Source: a virus
Taxonomy: Duplodnaviria > Caudoviricetes
Direction: 5' to 3' (one strand)
DNA length: 59,244 bases
Virus record (IMG/VR): IMGVR_UViG_3300042922_001463
Coordinates: 1 to 59,244 of that record
Below the pieces are notes generated by a model, which did not search any database, was not told where the DNA came from, and worked only from the letters and a program-made list of their open reading frames with translations. Each line of letters starts with the position of its first letter. The first letter of the stretch is position 1. Made by a program: the position numbers and the translations under genes. Positions 36,186-45,230 of this stretch are shown here, one piece after another.

Positions 36186-37585
36186 GCTGCGTTCTCCTGC
36201 AGCATGGCCTCGAGCGCCTTCACCTCCGCAGCCACATCGGCGCCGGACGTCACCAGCCCGTCGATCTTGCGCACGGCGTGCAGCACGGTCGTATGGTCGC
36301 GCCCGCCGAAGCGCCGGCCGATCTCCGGCAGCGAGCGCAGGGTCAGCGTCTTGGCGAGGTACATCGCGATCTGACGCGGCTTCACCACGTTCGCGGTGCG
36401 ACGCTGGGAGAGGATGTCGGCGCGGCTGACGCTGTAGCGCTTCGTCACCGCGCGCATGATGTCGTCGATCCGGATCCTCTTCGGCTCGGCCGTGCGGATG
36501 AGGTCCCGCAACGCCGATTCCGCCACCTCTGGCGTGATCTCACGGCCGGTCAGCTGGTTGTGCGCCAGTAGACGGTTGAGCGCGCCGTCGAGGTCCCTCC
36601 CCGTGCGTCCGCAGTGGCGGGCGACATATCGGAGAATGTCCGGCTCGATGCCGAATCCCGGATACTGCTGGGTGAGCACGCTGAGGCGGGATGTCAGGAT
36701 GCCGAGCTTGAGCTCTTCCTCCAGCGGGGCGATCTCGACGACAAGCCCGCCCGCCATACGAGACCGCGCACGCTCGTCCATGGCGTCGAACTCGGCGGGT
36801 GAGCGGTCGGCGGCGAGCACCACCTGGCGGCGGCACGCGATCACGGTGTTGAGCGTGTAGGCGAACTCCTGAAGGACGCTCTTGCCCTGCAGGAACTGCA
36901 CGTCATCGATGATGAGCACGTCTGCGGCGCGCAGGGCCTCCTGGAACGCCGCGGCCGACTGGCTCTTCAGCGCGGCCACGAAGCCGAACATGAAGCGCTC
37001 GGCGGTCAGGTACAGGACGCGGCGCCCACCTTCGGCGCTGGCGGCAGCGATGGCCTGAAGCAGGTGCGTCTTGCCCAGCCCGACGCCACCATGAAGGAAC
37101 AGCGGGTTGAACACCGGATCGCTGATGAGCGGGCCGCCTGCGACCCTCTTGGCCGCGGCGTGGGCGAGGCGGTTGGAATCGCCCAGCCTGAAGGCGTCGA
37201 AGGTCAGCCGAGGATCGAGCGGCGATGAGAGCGGCGCGTCTTCGACATGAACCGGCGGCGTAGCGGGCGCCAGCCGCGGCGCCGGCATGCTCACCGGAAC
37301 GGGACGGGCGGGCCGGGATGGCGGGTTCAGCTTCGCCTGGCGGACGTTGATGACGAGGCGAACGCCCGGCTCGACGGTCTGCCAGATCTCGGTCAGCACC
37401 GCCTCATAGTGCTGCGCGATCCAGACCTTAAGGAATCGCGTCGGGACCGAGAGCACGACGACGTCATCGGCGCAGCTCTCGAACTCCAGCCGGATGAACC
37501 AGCTCGCGTAGACCTCCTCGCCCACGCGCGCCCTCAGGATGGTGCGGAGGCGGGTCCAGGTCTCGGCATCGACGGTCGTTTCCAT
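36182..37585 (-). CDS. dnaA: Full-length DnaA homologue (prophage-encoded)
   Basis: Domain I YASWF..PTRF..WI; FNPLFLHGGVGLGKTHLL; IIDDVQF; domain IV RQIAMYLAKTLTLRSLPEIGRRFGGRDHTTVLHAVRKI. Confidence 0.95.
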   Translation of the reverse strand: METTVDAETWTRLRTILRARVGEEVYASWFIRLEFESCADDVVVLSVPTRFLKVWIAQHYEAVLTEIWQTVEPGVRLVINVRQAKLNPPSRPARPVPVSMPAPRLAPATPPVHVEDAPLSSPLDPRLTFDAFRLGDSNRLAHAAAKRVAGGPLISDPVFNPLFLHGGVGLGKTHLLQAIAAASAEGGRRVLYLTAERFMFGFVAALKSQSAAAFQEALRAADVLIIDDVQFLQGKSVLQEFAYTLNTVIACRRQVVLAADRSPAEFDAMDERARSRMAGGLVVEIAPLEEELKLGILTSRLSVLTQQYPGFGIEPDILRYVARHCGRTGRDLDGALNRLLAHNQLTGREITPEVAESALRDLIRTAEPKRIRIDDIMRAVTKRYSVSRADILSQRRTANVVKPRQIAMYLAKTLTLRSLPEIGRRFGGRDHTTVLHAVRKIDGLVTSGADVAAEVKALEAMLQENAA

Positions 37586-37596
37586 CGCGGCCACCC

Positions 37597-38556
37597 TCAA
37601 TGTTGGAGAAAGGCGACGCGCCGGCGGCTCTGCCAGCACAGCGCGCAGGTGGAGCAGGATTCCGTCTTGCCGATCTGCTGCGGACAGAGCACGGCGTCGG
37701 GCGGAAGCTGCCGGGGATGCTCGATCGTCACCGTCGAGCATTCGTCGATCAGCGCGTTCGAGAAGCGGATGGCGAAGCGGTCCCAGCGCGCCATGACCAG
37801 GCGCACGAGCGCACGCGCAACGGGATCGTCGATGCCGTCGATGCGGGCGGTGAAGCCGAAGACATGCAGGGCAGGATATCGGTCGAGGAACCCGGCCCAC
37901 AGGGCGACATAGTCCGGCGAGTAGAAGTCGCCGAGCACATGGAGCCGAACGGCGAAACCACGAGGGTGCCGCGATTGCAGGATGGCGAGCTCATGCCCGA
38001 GCCTCTCTTCCAGCGCAGCGCCGTGCTGCACGCGCTTGGCCCAGCGCATATGATTGCCGTAACAGGAGCGCCAATGCCGGCAGGAGACCTGGCACGTCGC
38101 CCGCTCCTCCAGCGTCAGCGTGTAGACCGGGAAGCCCGTCCAGGCGCCCTTGCGGATTTCGCCGCCGATCTTCCAGTGGTTCACGCCCGAGACGAGGATG
38201 TTAAGCAGCCCGTCGACCGGGACAACCGTCGAGGGATAGAGGGTGCGGTCCTCGACCAGGGCGACATGATCGACCGGCGGCATGTTCGCCGCTCGTTCAG
38301 TAGCCACCTTGGGAGCGTGACGGCTGACGCTCTGCTTGGACCGTCGCCGCTTGCCGACGGCGAGGCCAAGCGCCTTCCGTCGGCTGTGGACGAGTTGCTT
38401 GGAGCAGCCGAAGCGATCCGCGATCTCGGAATCCGTCAGTTCCTCCGCCACCGCCGCGCGCAGAGCATCCTCCGGCAGCTTGGGGCGCCGGCCGGGCCGC
38501 ACCGGGAACGGCACGACCTGCTGCTGGAGAAGGTTCGGGAGGATCCGGCCGGTCAC
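37597..38556 (-). CDS. HTH plus GP88-like (radical-SAM-like Cys motif) protein
   Basis: N-terminal HTH (SEIADRFGCS), TCQVSCRHWRSCY, VRLHVLGDFY, CSTCALCW. Confidence 0.72.
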   Translation of the reverse strand: MTGRILPNLLQQQVVPFPVRPGRRPKLPEDALRAAVAEELTDSEIADRFGCSKQLVHSRRKALGLAVGKRRRSKQSVSRHAPKVATERAANMPPVDHVALVEDRTLYPSTVVPVDGLLNILVSGVNHWKIGGEIRKGAWTGFPVYTLTLEERATCQVSCRHWRSCYGNHMRWAKRVQHGAALEERLGHELAILQSRHPRGFAVRLHVLGDFYSPDYVALWAGFLDRYPALHVFGFTARIDGIDDPVARALVRLVMARWDRFAIRFSNALIDECSTVTIEHPRQLPPDAVLCPQQIGKTESCSTCALCWQSRRRVAFLQH

Positions 38557-38927
38557 GTCGCCGCTCCCAAGCGGGCCGCCAAGGCGGTCCGATCCTCGAG
38601 CGAATATCCCGTACCCCACCGCGTGATGATGGTGATTCCGAAGGGTCTCAGCTTCTTGCGCATCTTGCAGATGAAGACGTCGACGATCTTGAGCTCAGCT
38701 TCGTCCTTCGCTGTCGAGCGATACAGCGCGGCCATCACGGCGTCCTTCGTCGCGATCTCCCGACGAAGAAGCACGCCAAAGACGCAGGCCTCGCTGCGTG
38801 TCAGGCGCCATTCGATTGGCACGAGAGCATCGATGCTCATGCCCATCAGACCTTCGAGTTGTTCGACGCGGAGTTGGAGACGCTCGTTCTCCGCCTCAAG
38901 CGCCTCAATTCGCGCGCTTTCGTCCAC
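38553..38927 (-). CDS. Receiver-less OmpR-type winged helix, CtrA-like
   Basis: LYRSTAKDEAELKIVDVFICKMRKKL...TRWGTGY; N-terminal coiled coil. Confidence 0.85.
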   Translation of the reverse strand: MDESARIEALEAENERLQLRVEQLEGLMGMSIDALVPIEWRLTRSEACVFGVLLRREIATKDAVMAALYRSTAKDEAELKIVDVFICKMRKKLRPFGITIITRWGTGYSLEDRTALAARLGAAT

Positions 38928-39756
38928 GTGGGCGTCCCTTGAACCAGATGATGCCGAGCGCGCGCCAAAGCGGCACGTTGTGTGCGGCGGCGAACACCTT
39001 CGCCTCCTGCTCGGCGCGTTCACCCATCATGAGGATGGTGGTTGAGAGATCCTCGGCGGTGATTTCTCCGGAATACTCCGGGTCGTTCAGGAGCATCTCG
39101 ACGGCCCGCACTCCGGCCGCGGGAATGGGCGCCATTTTCGCCTTGACGAGAATTTCGAGCATCTGACGTGCCCGCATTGCGCCGCGACGGTTGATCAGCG
39201 CCATGATTGCCGCCACCGCCATGGTGTCGCCGGCCTTGAAGCCGCTATTGCCGGGCGAGACCCGCAACACACGCACGCCGGCCCTATCGCAAACCTGCTG
39301 GAGGGTGACTGCGTCCGGATCGCCGGCGGCGACAGCGGCGACATGCAGTTGAGTGGCCGTAACAGCTATGCGGTCCTTGTTATGACCGATGAACGCCCGA
39401 GCTCGCGCCTCCCGATCGCTCGCCTCCACCACCATCACGGGGATTTCGTCCACCGAGGGATGTGAGGCAGCCGCGATGGCCGTGTGTTGGCCGTCGATCA
39501 CCTCCAAACCGTCATCGGTCTCCACGACCACCGGCGGCTTGAAGCGCCGCCAATCCCAGTCCGCCACGATGCGCCGGATCAGTGAAACCGACCGCTCGGA
39601 CAGATTTCGTTGGTAGCCCTCATCGACAATGAGGGCGTCCGGGGCCACCCAACGGAAGCCGGGCCGCGCCGAGGCGTCGCCGCCGGGCTCGATACCCGGC
39701 ATGCCCATCGCCCGTATCGCTCGACGACTGTTCTGCTGACCCGCTCCGGTGGACAT
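38905..39756 (-). CDS. ParB/Srx-like N-terminal domain protein
   Basis: LIVDEGYQR...VIDGQHT. Confidence 0.8.
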   Translation of the reverse strand: MSTGAGQQNSRRAIRAMGMPGIEPGGDASARPGFRWVAPDALIVDEGYQRNLSERSVSLIRRIVADWDWRRFKPPVVVETDDGLEVIDGQHTAIAAASHPSVDEIPVMVVEASDREARARAFIGHNKDRIAVTATQLHVAAVAAGDPDAVTLQQVCDRAGVRVLRVSPGNSGFKAGDTMAVAAIMALINRRGAMRARQMLEILVKAKMAPIPAAGVRAVEMLLNDPEYSGEITAEDLSTTILMMGERAEQEAKVFAAAHNVPLWRALGIIWFKGRPRGRKRAN

Positions 39757-39776
39757 CGCGCTCTCCCGCCGGCCGC

Positions 39777-40046
39777 TCAGCCGACCATCCCGAGCGAGGC
39801 GAGGTAGAGGTCGACGATCGCCTCGTGCTCGGCGCGCTGGTCGGCGTCCTGCCGCCGGATCTTCAGGATCTCCTTCAGCGCCTTGACGTCGAAGCCGGTG
39901 CCCTTGGCCTCAGCGAAGACGTCCTTGATGTCGTCGGAAACGGTCTTCTTCTCCTCCTCCAGGCGCTCAATGCGCTCGATGAAGGAGATCAACTGCTCCT
40001 TGGCGAAGTCGGCGGCAGACGGCTCGTCGTTCGGTATTTCGGGCAT
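39777..40046 (-). CDS. gapR: GapR (DUF2312) nucleoid-associated protein
   Basis: [38 protein letters not shown]...LYLASLGM. Confidence 0.92.
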   Translation of the reverse strand: MPEIPNDEPSAADFAKEQLISFIERIERLEEEKKTVSDDIKDVFAEAKGTGFDVKALKEILKIRRQDADQRAEHEAIVDLYLASLGMVG

Positions 40047-40078
40047 GGCTAGGCCTCGGTGTTTAGGCGCGCCGGGGA

Positions 40079-40327
40079 TCAGCGCGCGAAAAGGTCCGCC
40101 ACCGGCGCGGGCGGCCGCGCGGCGGGCTTGGGTTGCTTGAGCTCGGTAGCGATGAGCGCGGAGGTGATCTCGACGAGCTCTTTGCTGGTCTTGGCGCGGC
40201 GGTCGTGTGCCTGCTTCAGCCGCTGGTATTCAGCGATCTTGTCAGCGCGGGCGGCGGCCAGCTTGCGCCGACGTATCTCCGTCGGTGTCGGCTTCGGGTC
40301 GGCCGTCTTGAGGTAGGTGCGCGACAT
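40079..40327 (-). CDS. Small basic hypothetical protein
   Basis: GAGGA RBS, within operon. Confidence 0.6.
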   Translation of the reverse strand: MSRTYLKTADPKPTPTEIRRRKLAAARADKIAEYQRLKQAHDRRAKTSKELVEITSALIATELKQPKPAARPPAPVADLFAR

Positions 40328-40342
40328 GGCGATTGATCCTCG

Positions 40343-40498
40343 TCACTTGGCGAAGAGCGTGGCGAGCAGGTTCGCCGCCAAGTCGATGAGGTCTTTGGTG
40401 AAGTGCTGCCGCTCGCGCCGGCGGCGAGCAGCGGGCCGCTCGAAGGAGAGGTGCTCGCCGCGAGGCCGACTGGCCTTGAACGTTGTTCGCTTCGTCAC
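40343..40498 (-). CDS. Small hypothetical protein (51 aa, absent from the ORF track)
   Basis: GGAGG RBS, GTGA overlap with CII-like gene. Confidence 0.5.
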   Translation of the reverse strand: MTKRTTFKASRPRGEHLSFERPAARRRRERQHFTKDLIDLAANLLATLFAK

Positions 40499-41037
40499 CG
40501 CCCGCCTCCCTGTTTGGGAAGCCGGCTCACATTGCTGGCGGCTGCCGCTTTGACCTCGGCGCAGTCCTCCCGCAGATCGTCGACGGCGCGAGCGAGGTCG
40601 GCCGCTGCGCGTTCGATCCGTTCGGCATCGGTGACGGAATAGCGGCCGTCCGCCCTCGCCTCGGCAACGGCGTGGGCGACGTCGGCGAACTCCCGCAGCA
40701 CGGCGTTGTGCCGAGCGTCGATATTGACCCCTTTGTCAGGGTCATCGTCTTCCGCGCGGGTGAGCTGGTGGCCGCTGTAGTCGGCCATGACCTTGGTGAC
40801 GTATGGGCGTCCGCAATCCGCTTCCAGCACCATGGCCGACAGAAGCGGGATCAGGTCCTTGTCCTGCTGGTAGCGATAGACACTGCCAGGGTGAACACCG
40901 AGGAGCTCGGCGCTGCGTTCCGCGCCGCCGCATTCGGTGATCAGGTCCCGGGTGGCTGCAACGATGCGCAAACGCCAGGCGCGCGGCAAAGGGTGTTCAG
41001 CCAAGATGCCCCTCCCCTGCGAAATTCCCCCGTTCAT
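40495..41037 (-). CDS. CII-like phage regulator
   Basis: ATRDLITECGGAER...VLEADCGRPYVT...ADGRYS; directly after cro. Confidence 0.72.
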   Translation of the reverse strand: MNGGISQGRGILAEHPLPRAWRLRIVAATRDLITECGGAERSAELLGVHPGSVYRYQQDKDLIPLLSAMVLEADCGRPYVTKVMADYSGHQLTRAEDDDPDKGVNIDARHNAVLREFADVAHAVAEARADGRYSVTDAERIERAAADLARAVDDLREDCAEVKAAAASNVSRLPKQGGGR

Positions 41038-41139
41038 TAGCGGAGGTATTGGGAGACACGGCGTGCGAGAACGTTGTCCAGACGACACGCGACTTGAACG
41101 TGGAGGCCGGACCGCCGGCGGGGAGAAGCAGTAGACCAA

Positions 41140-41379
41140 TCATGCGGCCTCCCCGTCGTTGGTGGCGGCCACACCGGGCATCTCGAAGAACCAGGCATCA
41201 TCCCAAGCCAACCCGCGGCTCTTGGCGGCCTCGCGGATGCGCGCCAGTTGAGCCCTGTCCGGCTGAAGGTCGCCCTTCTCCCAGCGAGACACCGTCGCCT
41301 GCGTGGTGCCCGCGATAGCGGCAAGCTCCGCCTGGGAGATATCGAGGACCGATTTGCGGATGATGGGCATCGGGTTCAT
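41140..41379 (-). CDS. cro: Cro-like HTH repressor
   Basis: ISQAELAAIAGTTQATVSRWEKG; divergent from cI. Confidence 0.88.
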   Translation of the reverse strand: MNPMPIIRKSVLDISQAELAAIAGTTQATVSRWEKGDLQPDRAQLARIREAAKSRGLAWDDAWFFEMPGVAATNDGEAA

Positions 41380-41389
41380 ATACATGAAC

Positions 41390-41462
41390 ATACTCATATG
41401 CATGACCATGGCAAGGCAAATCATGCACTCGTGCATTAGATTTGCTTTATGCGTTCGCGTAT
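41390..41462. promoter_or_regulatory. OR: three 14-bp operators
   Basis: ATACTCATATGCAT (41390), ATGCACTCGTGCAT (41423), ATGCGTTCGCGTAT (41449). Confidence 0.75.
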
Positions 41463-41471
41463 GAGGTTGTC

Positions 41472-42146
41472 ATGGATGTCGTGGGAACGGTCGACGCGAT
41501 CCTGAAGGCTAGGAACTGGACGCACGAGGAACTCGCTGCGGCCATTGGCGTGACACAGCCGGCTGTGTCGCGCTGGGCATCAGGGAAGGTCATTCCGCGC
41601 GGCGAGAGCTACTTGAAGCTCATGGCCCTTCGGGAAGAGGTGGAGGGTGGAGCGCCGCTTGATGCTGCCCGCCCCGTTCGCGCGCAAATCGTGCCGACGC
41701 CCATTTCTGGAAAGGCCAGCGCCGGCGTCTTCCAAGAGATTGATGACTTCGAGAACCAGGATCCCGCCGAAGTTCTTGTAGCTCGCGACCCGCGGTTCCC
41801 GCACGCCCGCGTCGTCGTCTTCGATGTCGACGGCAATTCCATGAATGCATTCGACCCACCGATCCCGGACGGCTCTCGCGTCAGCGGCCCCGTCTTTGAG
41901 GACATCCGCGAGGTTCCGCGAAACGGCATGGCCGTGGTCATCCAGCGATCAACTGCTGACGGGCAGATGCTCGAGTGGTCGGTGAAGGAGATCGAGGTGC
42001 GGGAGGACGGCTACACGTTCCATCCCCGCTCCACGGATGCCCGCTACAAGCCAATCGTCGTCGATACCGACCTCAATGCCGATGACGGGAAAAAGGTCGA
42101 GATCATTGCGCTGGTGACGGATGTTACGCGGCCGGTGAGGTGGTAA
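41472..42146 (+). CDS. cI: CI repressor (HTH plus S24 autopeptidase)
   Basis: THEELAAAIGVTQPAVSRW; Ala-Gly site ASAG; GNSM and SVK catalytic residues. Confidence 0.92.
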   Translation: MDVVGTVDAILKARNWTHEELAAAIGVTQPAVSRWASGKVIPRGESYLKLMALREEVEGGAPLDAARPVRAQIVPTPISGKASAGVFQEIDDFENQDPAEVLVARDPRFPHARVVVFDVDGNSMNAFDPPIPDGSRVSGPVFEDIREVPRNGMAVVIQRSTADGQMLEWSVKEIEVREDGYTFHPRSTDARYKPIVVDTDLNADDGKKVEIIALVTDVTRPVRW

Positions 42147-42172
42147 GGAACTCATCGCCAGGGGGCTTGCCA

Positions 42173-42676
42173 ATGGTCGGAGATGACCCTGTTTTGCCGC
42201 GCACATTGCGGCAGGAAAGCTTGTCGAAAGTCTATGTGCGCGCCGTAGCGGCAGCTGCCGGCTATGATGTCGCCACCACCGAGTTCGACATGGAAGGGAT
42301 CGACCTCACAGTCGTCGCTGGCGGCCATATGCGGCCTCGCTTGGATATACAACTGAAAGCAACGACAACCCTGCCACTCAGTATAGGCCCCATCCAATTC
42401 CCTCTGAAGCGCCGCAACTACGACTTATTGCGCGAGCCAAGCCTGACACCTCGAATATTGGTTGTATTGGACTTGCCTAGCAACGAGGACGACTGGCTTT
42501 CAATTGAACCTAATGCCCTTATCATGCGCAAATGCGCCTTTTGGGCCAACCTCCGCTCTTATCCATCGACCACCAATACAGACTCTGTTACAATCTCGTT
42601 AGACACAGGACGTCGCTTTGACGTTGAGGGCCTCCAAGGCCTTATGGAGCAAGCACGCAAAGGGGCGATCACGTGA
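42173..42676 (+). CDS. DUF4365-like PD-(D/E)xK protein
   Basis: YVRAVAAAAG, GIDL, DIQLKAT, NYDLLR, PRILVV. Confidence 0.8.
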   Translation: MVGDDPVLPRTLRQESLSKVYVRAVAAAAGYDVATTEFDMEGIDLTVVAGGHMRPRLDIQLKATTTLPLSIGPIQFPLKRRNYDLLREPSLTPRILVVLDLPSNEDDWLSIEPNALIMRKCAFWANLRSYPSTTNTDSVTISLDTGRRFDVEGLQGLMEQARKGAIT

Positions 42677-43809
42677 AGGCGGTCATTCTAGATCCCGACG
42701 CCTTGCGGGCTATATCGCCGGCCGCCCTCGCCGCCTTTGCCAGAGGCGAGGGATGGAGAAAGCTTGAGCCTTATGGCGCCCATGCGGATGTCTATGTTGG
42801 TGTAGATCGCCCCGAGATCGTATTGCCTCGCACAGATCGTTTGGCGGACTACGCTTCTACGGTTTCAAGGCTTATCGAAGCGTTCTCAAGCGCGGCAGAG
42901 CGGGACGAATTAGCCACCTATCGGGATTTAGTTGGCGCCGATCGCGACGTCGTGAGGGTTCGCTCGTTCGGCGCGGATGATGATGGCTCCGTATCGCTTG
43001 ATGCCGGCGTAAAGATTGTAGCTCAGGCACGCGAAATGCTTCTTGCTGCTGCCTGCGCTGTTCACTCTCCGCAACCTCTGTATCGCGCCGGCGCGAACAA
43101 AGAAGCCGCAGAGTATATGCGTCGCGTGAGGCTTGGTCAGACGGAGCACGGAAGCTTCGTCGTGACCCTTCTGGCTCCCGTCCCTCCGCAACTACAGCCT
43201 CAACTTTCGCTCGACGACAACTGGATCGCTTTTGAAGACGAGCCGATGGAGCGAATGGTGACGAGGCGCCTAATCGAAGCGCTTGAGGCCTCACGCAGCG
43301 CAGCCGAAATGGCGCTGTCTGGAGAGGTCAGCGCCTTCGATAAGGTCATATCATCAGGCGTAAGCGCAAACCTTTGCGAGGCTGTTGCTGGATTGATAGA
43401 TCAATCAGCAGGACTCGACATTAGTGTGACTTGGGCAAGAACGCGCCCCGCTCCAGAGACCTTTCGAAGGATCAGCTTTTCCCAAAACGACGCAGAGATC
43501 CTCAAGGAAGTAGCGCGCATATTCAGATTAAAGCAGCCGAAACCGGACGTCACCTTGTATGGAACAGTACATAAGTTAAAGCGCGATCAGGATGAATTCG
43601 ACGGCGTAGTCACACTGAAGGCAATCATCGAAGATAAGCTCCAATCGGTACAAGCCGTACTTGATCAGGCAAACTACCGTGCTGCGATAAAAGCGCATGA
43701 CGAGCAAAAGTCTATTATAATCACTGGAGACCTTGAGCGCGTGGGGCAGAGGTGGCAACTCACGAATGGCAACATTCGAGAGTTGCTTGCCGAGGACGAG
43801 GATAGCTAG
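42673..43809 (+). CDS. Partner of the DUF4365-like gene, unknown function
   Basis: GTGA overlap, lower GC; LGQTEHGSFV, GVSANLCEA. Confidence 0.8.
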   Translation: MKAVILDPDALRAISPAALAAFARGEGWRKLEPYGAHADVYVGVDRPEIVLPRTDRLADYASTVSRLIEAFSSAAERDELATYRDLVGADRDVVRVRSFGADDDGSVSLDAGVKIVAQAREMLLAAACAVHSPQPLYRAGANKEAAEYMRRVRLGQTEHGSFVVTLLAPVPPQLQPQLSLDDNWIAFEDEPMERMVTRRLIEALEASRSAAEMALSGEVSAFDKVISSGVSANLCEAVAGLIDQSAGLDISVTWARTRPAPETFRRISFSQNDAEILKEVARIFRLKQPKPDVTLYGTVHKLKRDQDEFDGVVTLKAIIEDKLQSVQAVLDQANYRAAIKAHDEQKSIIITGDLERVGQRWQLTNGNIRELLAEDEDS

Positions 43810-43814
43810 AAGCC

Positions 43815-43865
43815 CTACCCCGCCTCCAACACCCCCTCCGGCACTTCGCCATAGCTGGCGATCAG
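43815..43865 (-). pseudogene. Orphan diverged copy of the last 17 codons of gene 44392-44640
   Basis: LIASYGEVPEGVLEAG* vs LIASYGEVPEGMLEPG*. Confidence 0.75.
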
Positions 43866-43872
43866 ATCAAGC

Positions 43873-43903
43873 GCCCGCCCTCCTCGTGAGCGGCGGGCTT
43901 TTT
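43873..43903 (+). terminator. Intrinsic terminator of the cI operon
   Basis: GCCCGCC / GGCGGGC stem plus T5. Confidence 0.7.
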
Positions 43904-44016
43904 CGTAGCTGCTCCCGCCCGGCCTTGAATGGCGCGGCAGCCCGGTTCAGCCATCGTTCATGTCACTCCTGCTTTCCTCTAAACAAGGGGCGGAAGACCC
44001 GGACGTGGAGGAAGCG

Positions 44017-44376
44017 ATGGACAGACGTTCATTCCTCACTGGCCTGTTGGGACTTTCTGGCGCCGCCGCTACGGCGAGCTGGCTTGTCCCGGCGGCTGAA
44101 GCCACACCGCTAGAGCAGCTTCGAAATCTGCCATCCACGTCCGACGGTGAACTCGCCGATACCGTTGGCGAAACGCCGGACGGGACAGCGGTCGAAGATG
44201 TTCAGTGGGATCGCCGCCGCCGCCGCTATCGCCGTCGCCGTGGATATCGCTATCGGAACAGGCGTCGCTACTGGGCCCGCCGTCGATATTGGCGCGGCCG
44301 CCGTCGCCGCTTCTGCCGCACGCGCTGGAATCGGTGGGGCAGACCCTACCGGCGGTGCTATTGGCGCAGGTGGTGA
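44017..44376 (+). CDS. Tat-signal protein with Arg/Trp-rich protamine-like tail
   Basis: GGAGG RBS, MDRRSFL, RRRRRYRRRR...C...C. Confidence 0.8.
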   Translation: MDRRSFLTGLLGLSGAAATASWLVPAAEATPLEQLRNLPSTSDGELADTVGETPDGTAVEDVQWDRRRRRYRRRRGYRYRNRRRYWARRRYWRGRRRRFCRTRWNRWGRPYRRCYWRRW

Positions 44377-44391
44377 TGGGTGTAGCTGAAG

Positions 44392-44640
44392 CTATCCGGG
44401 CTCCAGCATTCCCTCGGGAACTTCGCCATAGCTCGCGATCAGCACTGGCGGTTCGGCGTCGCCGCTCTCCGGTTCCACTTCGGTTGAGAACGCGATAGCG
44501 CCAGCCTTCACCAGGCTTAGGCGCTTCGCCACCCGCTCCGCGTCCTCAGCGCTGCGGACTTCCATCGGAATCCCCGCCTTGATCCGACCGCGCTTGCCAG
44601 CTTCAAAGGGCTGGACGACATAGAACGTCTTCTTGGTCAT
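44392..44640 (-). CDS. Small phage protein in LexA-box operon
   Basis: GGAGG RBS; FYVVQPF...GAIAFS...YGEVP. Confidence 0.75.
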   Translation of the reverse strand: MTKKTFYVVQPFEAGKRGRIKAGIPMEVRSAEDAERVAKRLSLVKAGAIAFSTEVEPESGDAEPPVLIASYGEVPEGMLEPG

Positions 44641-44972
44641 TGGATCCTCCTGGGCGGCAAGGGAAGCCGATCCGGCCGCTCTTCGCGCCGAGGCTTCGAA
44701 TTGCGTAGGGCGTATTGCGCCATGCTGAGATCGGCGGGATGCAGCGCCAGCTCGGACATGATGATCGCCGCTAGGGATGGATTCTCGGCGACATAGTCGA
44801 CCACGCCGGCTAGGAAGCGAGGATCCTCGGCGAGCACCCTGATCGCCATCGGCTCGATTCCCGTCAGCGTCAGAAATTGGGTCAGCCTGTCCGGCTGCTT
44901 CGCGATTGTCCCAAGTACCGCTATCGCGATCCATTCCGCTCGGTCGCGGCTCACTGGCGGCGCGTCATGCAT
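44637..44972 (-). CDS. DUF3572-like protein
   Basis: IAVLGTIA..PDRLTQFLTLTG...DPRFLAGVVDY. Confidence 0.75.
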   Translation of the reverse strand: MHDAPPVSRDRAEWIAIAVLGTIAKQPDRLTQFLTLTGIEPMAIRVLAEDPRFLAGVVDYVAENPSLAAIIMSELALHPADLSMAQYALRNSKPRREERPDRLPLPPRRIQ

Positions 44973-45204
44973 AAGACGGCTCCGTGATATCTGCGGCGCC
45001 CACGATGATGCCAATCGGCATCTCGCATGCCTTGCAGGCGAACTTCTGCTCCGCAAGGAACTGGCTCTCTAGCAACTCGTCCAGACAGGTCGGGGCATCC
45101 TCGACGGCCGGCACGTCGAGACGGTGTGCCGTATCTACCTTGCAGTTGAAGCACCGGATTTTCAGTTGAAAGCGGGCTGCGACTCGTTCCTTTGGCATAT
45201 CCAC
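44965..45204 (-). CDS. Small Zn-finger protein
   Basis: CFNC...CKAC. Confidence 0.7.
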   Translation of the reverse strand: MDMPKERVAARFQLKIRCFNCKVDTAHRLDVPAVEDAPTCLDELLESQFLAEQKFACKACEMPIGIIVGAADITEPSYA

Positions 45205-45215
45205 GCACCCTGAAT

Positions 45216-45230
45216 GTTCTGCTTATGTTC
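45216..45230. promoter_or_regulatory. Alphaproteobacterial LexA (SOS) box
   Basis: GTTC-TGCTTAT-GTTC about 12 nt upstream of the 45204 start; degenerate third half-site GTTA at 45238. Confidence 0.8.

Noticed and set aside
36182-37585. Host chromosomal dnaA/oriC locus
   Set aside because: Embedded in a coupled phage operon; no dnaN, recF, rpsT or hemE context and no DnaA-box cluster seen
44200-44376. CGC-rich run as a regulatory repeat
   Set aside because: Explained by Arg codons of the protamine-like protein
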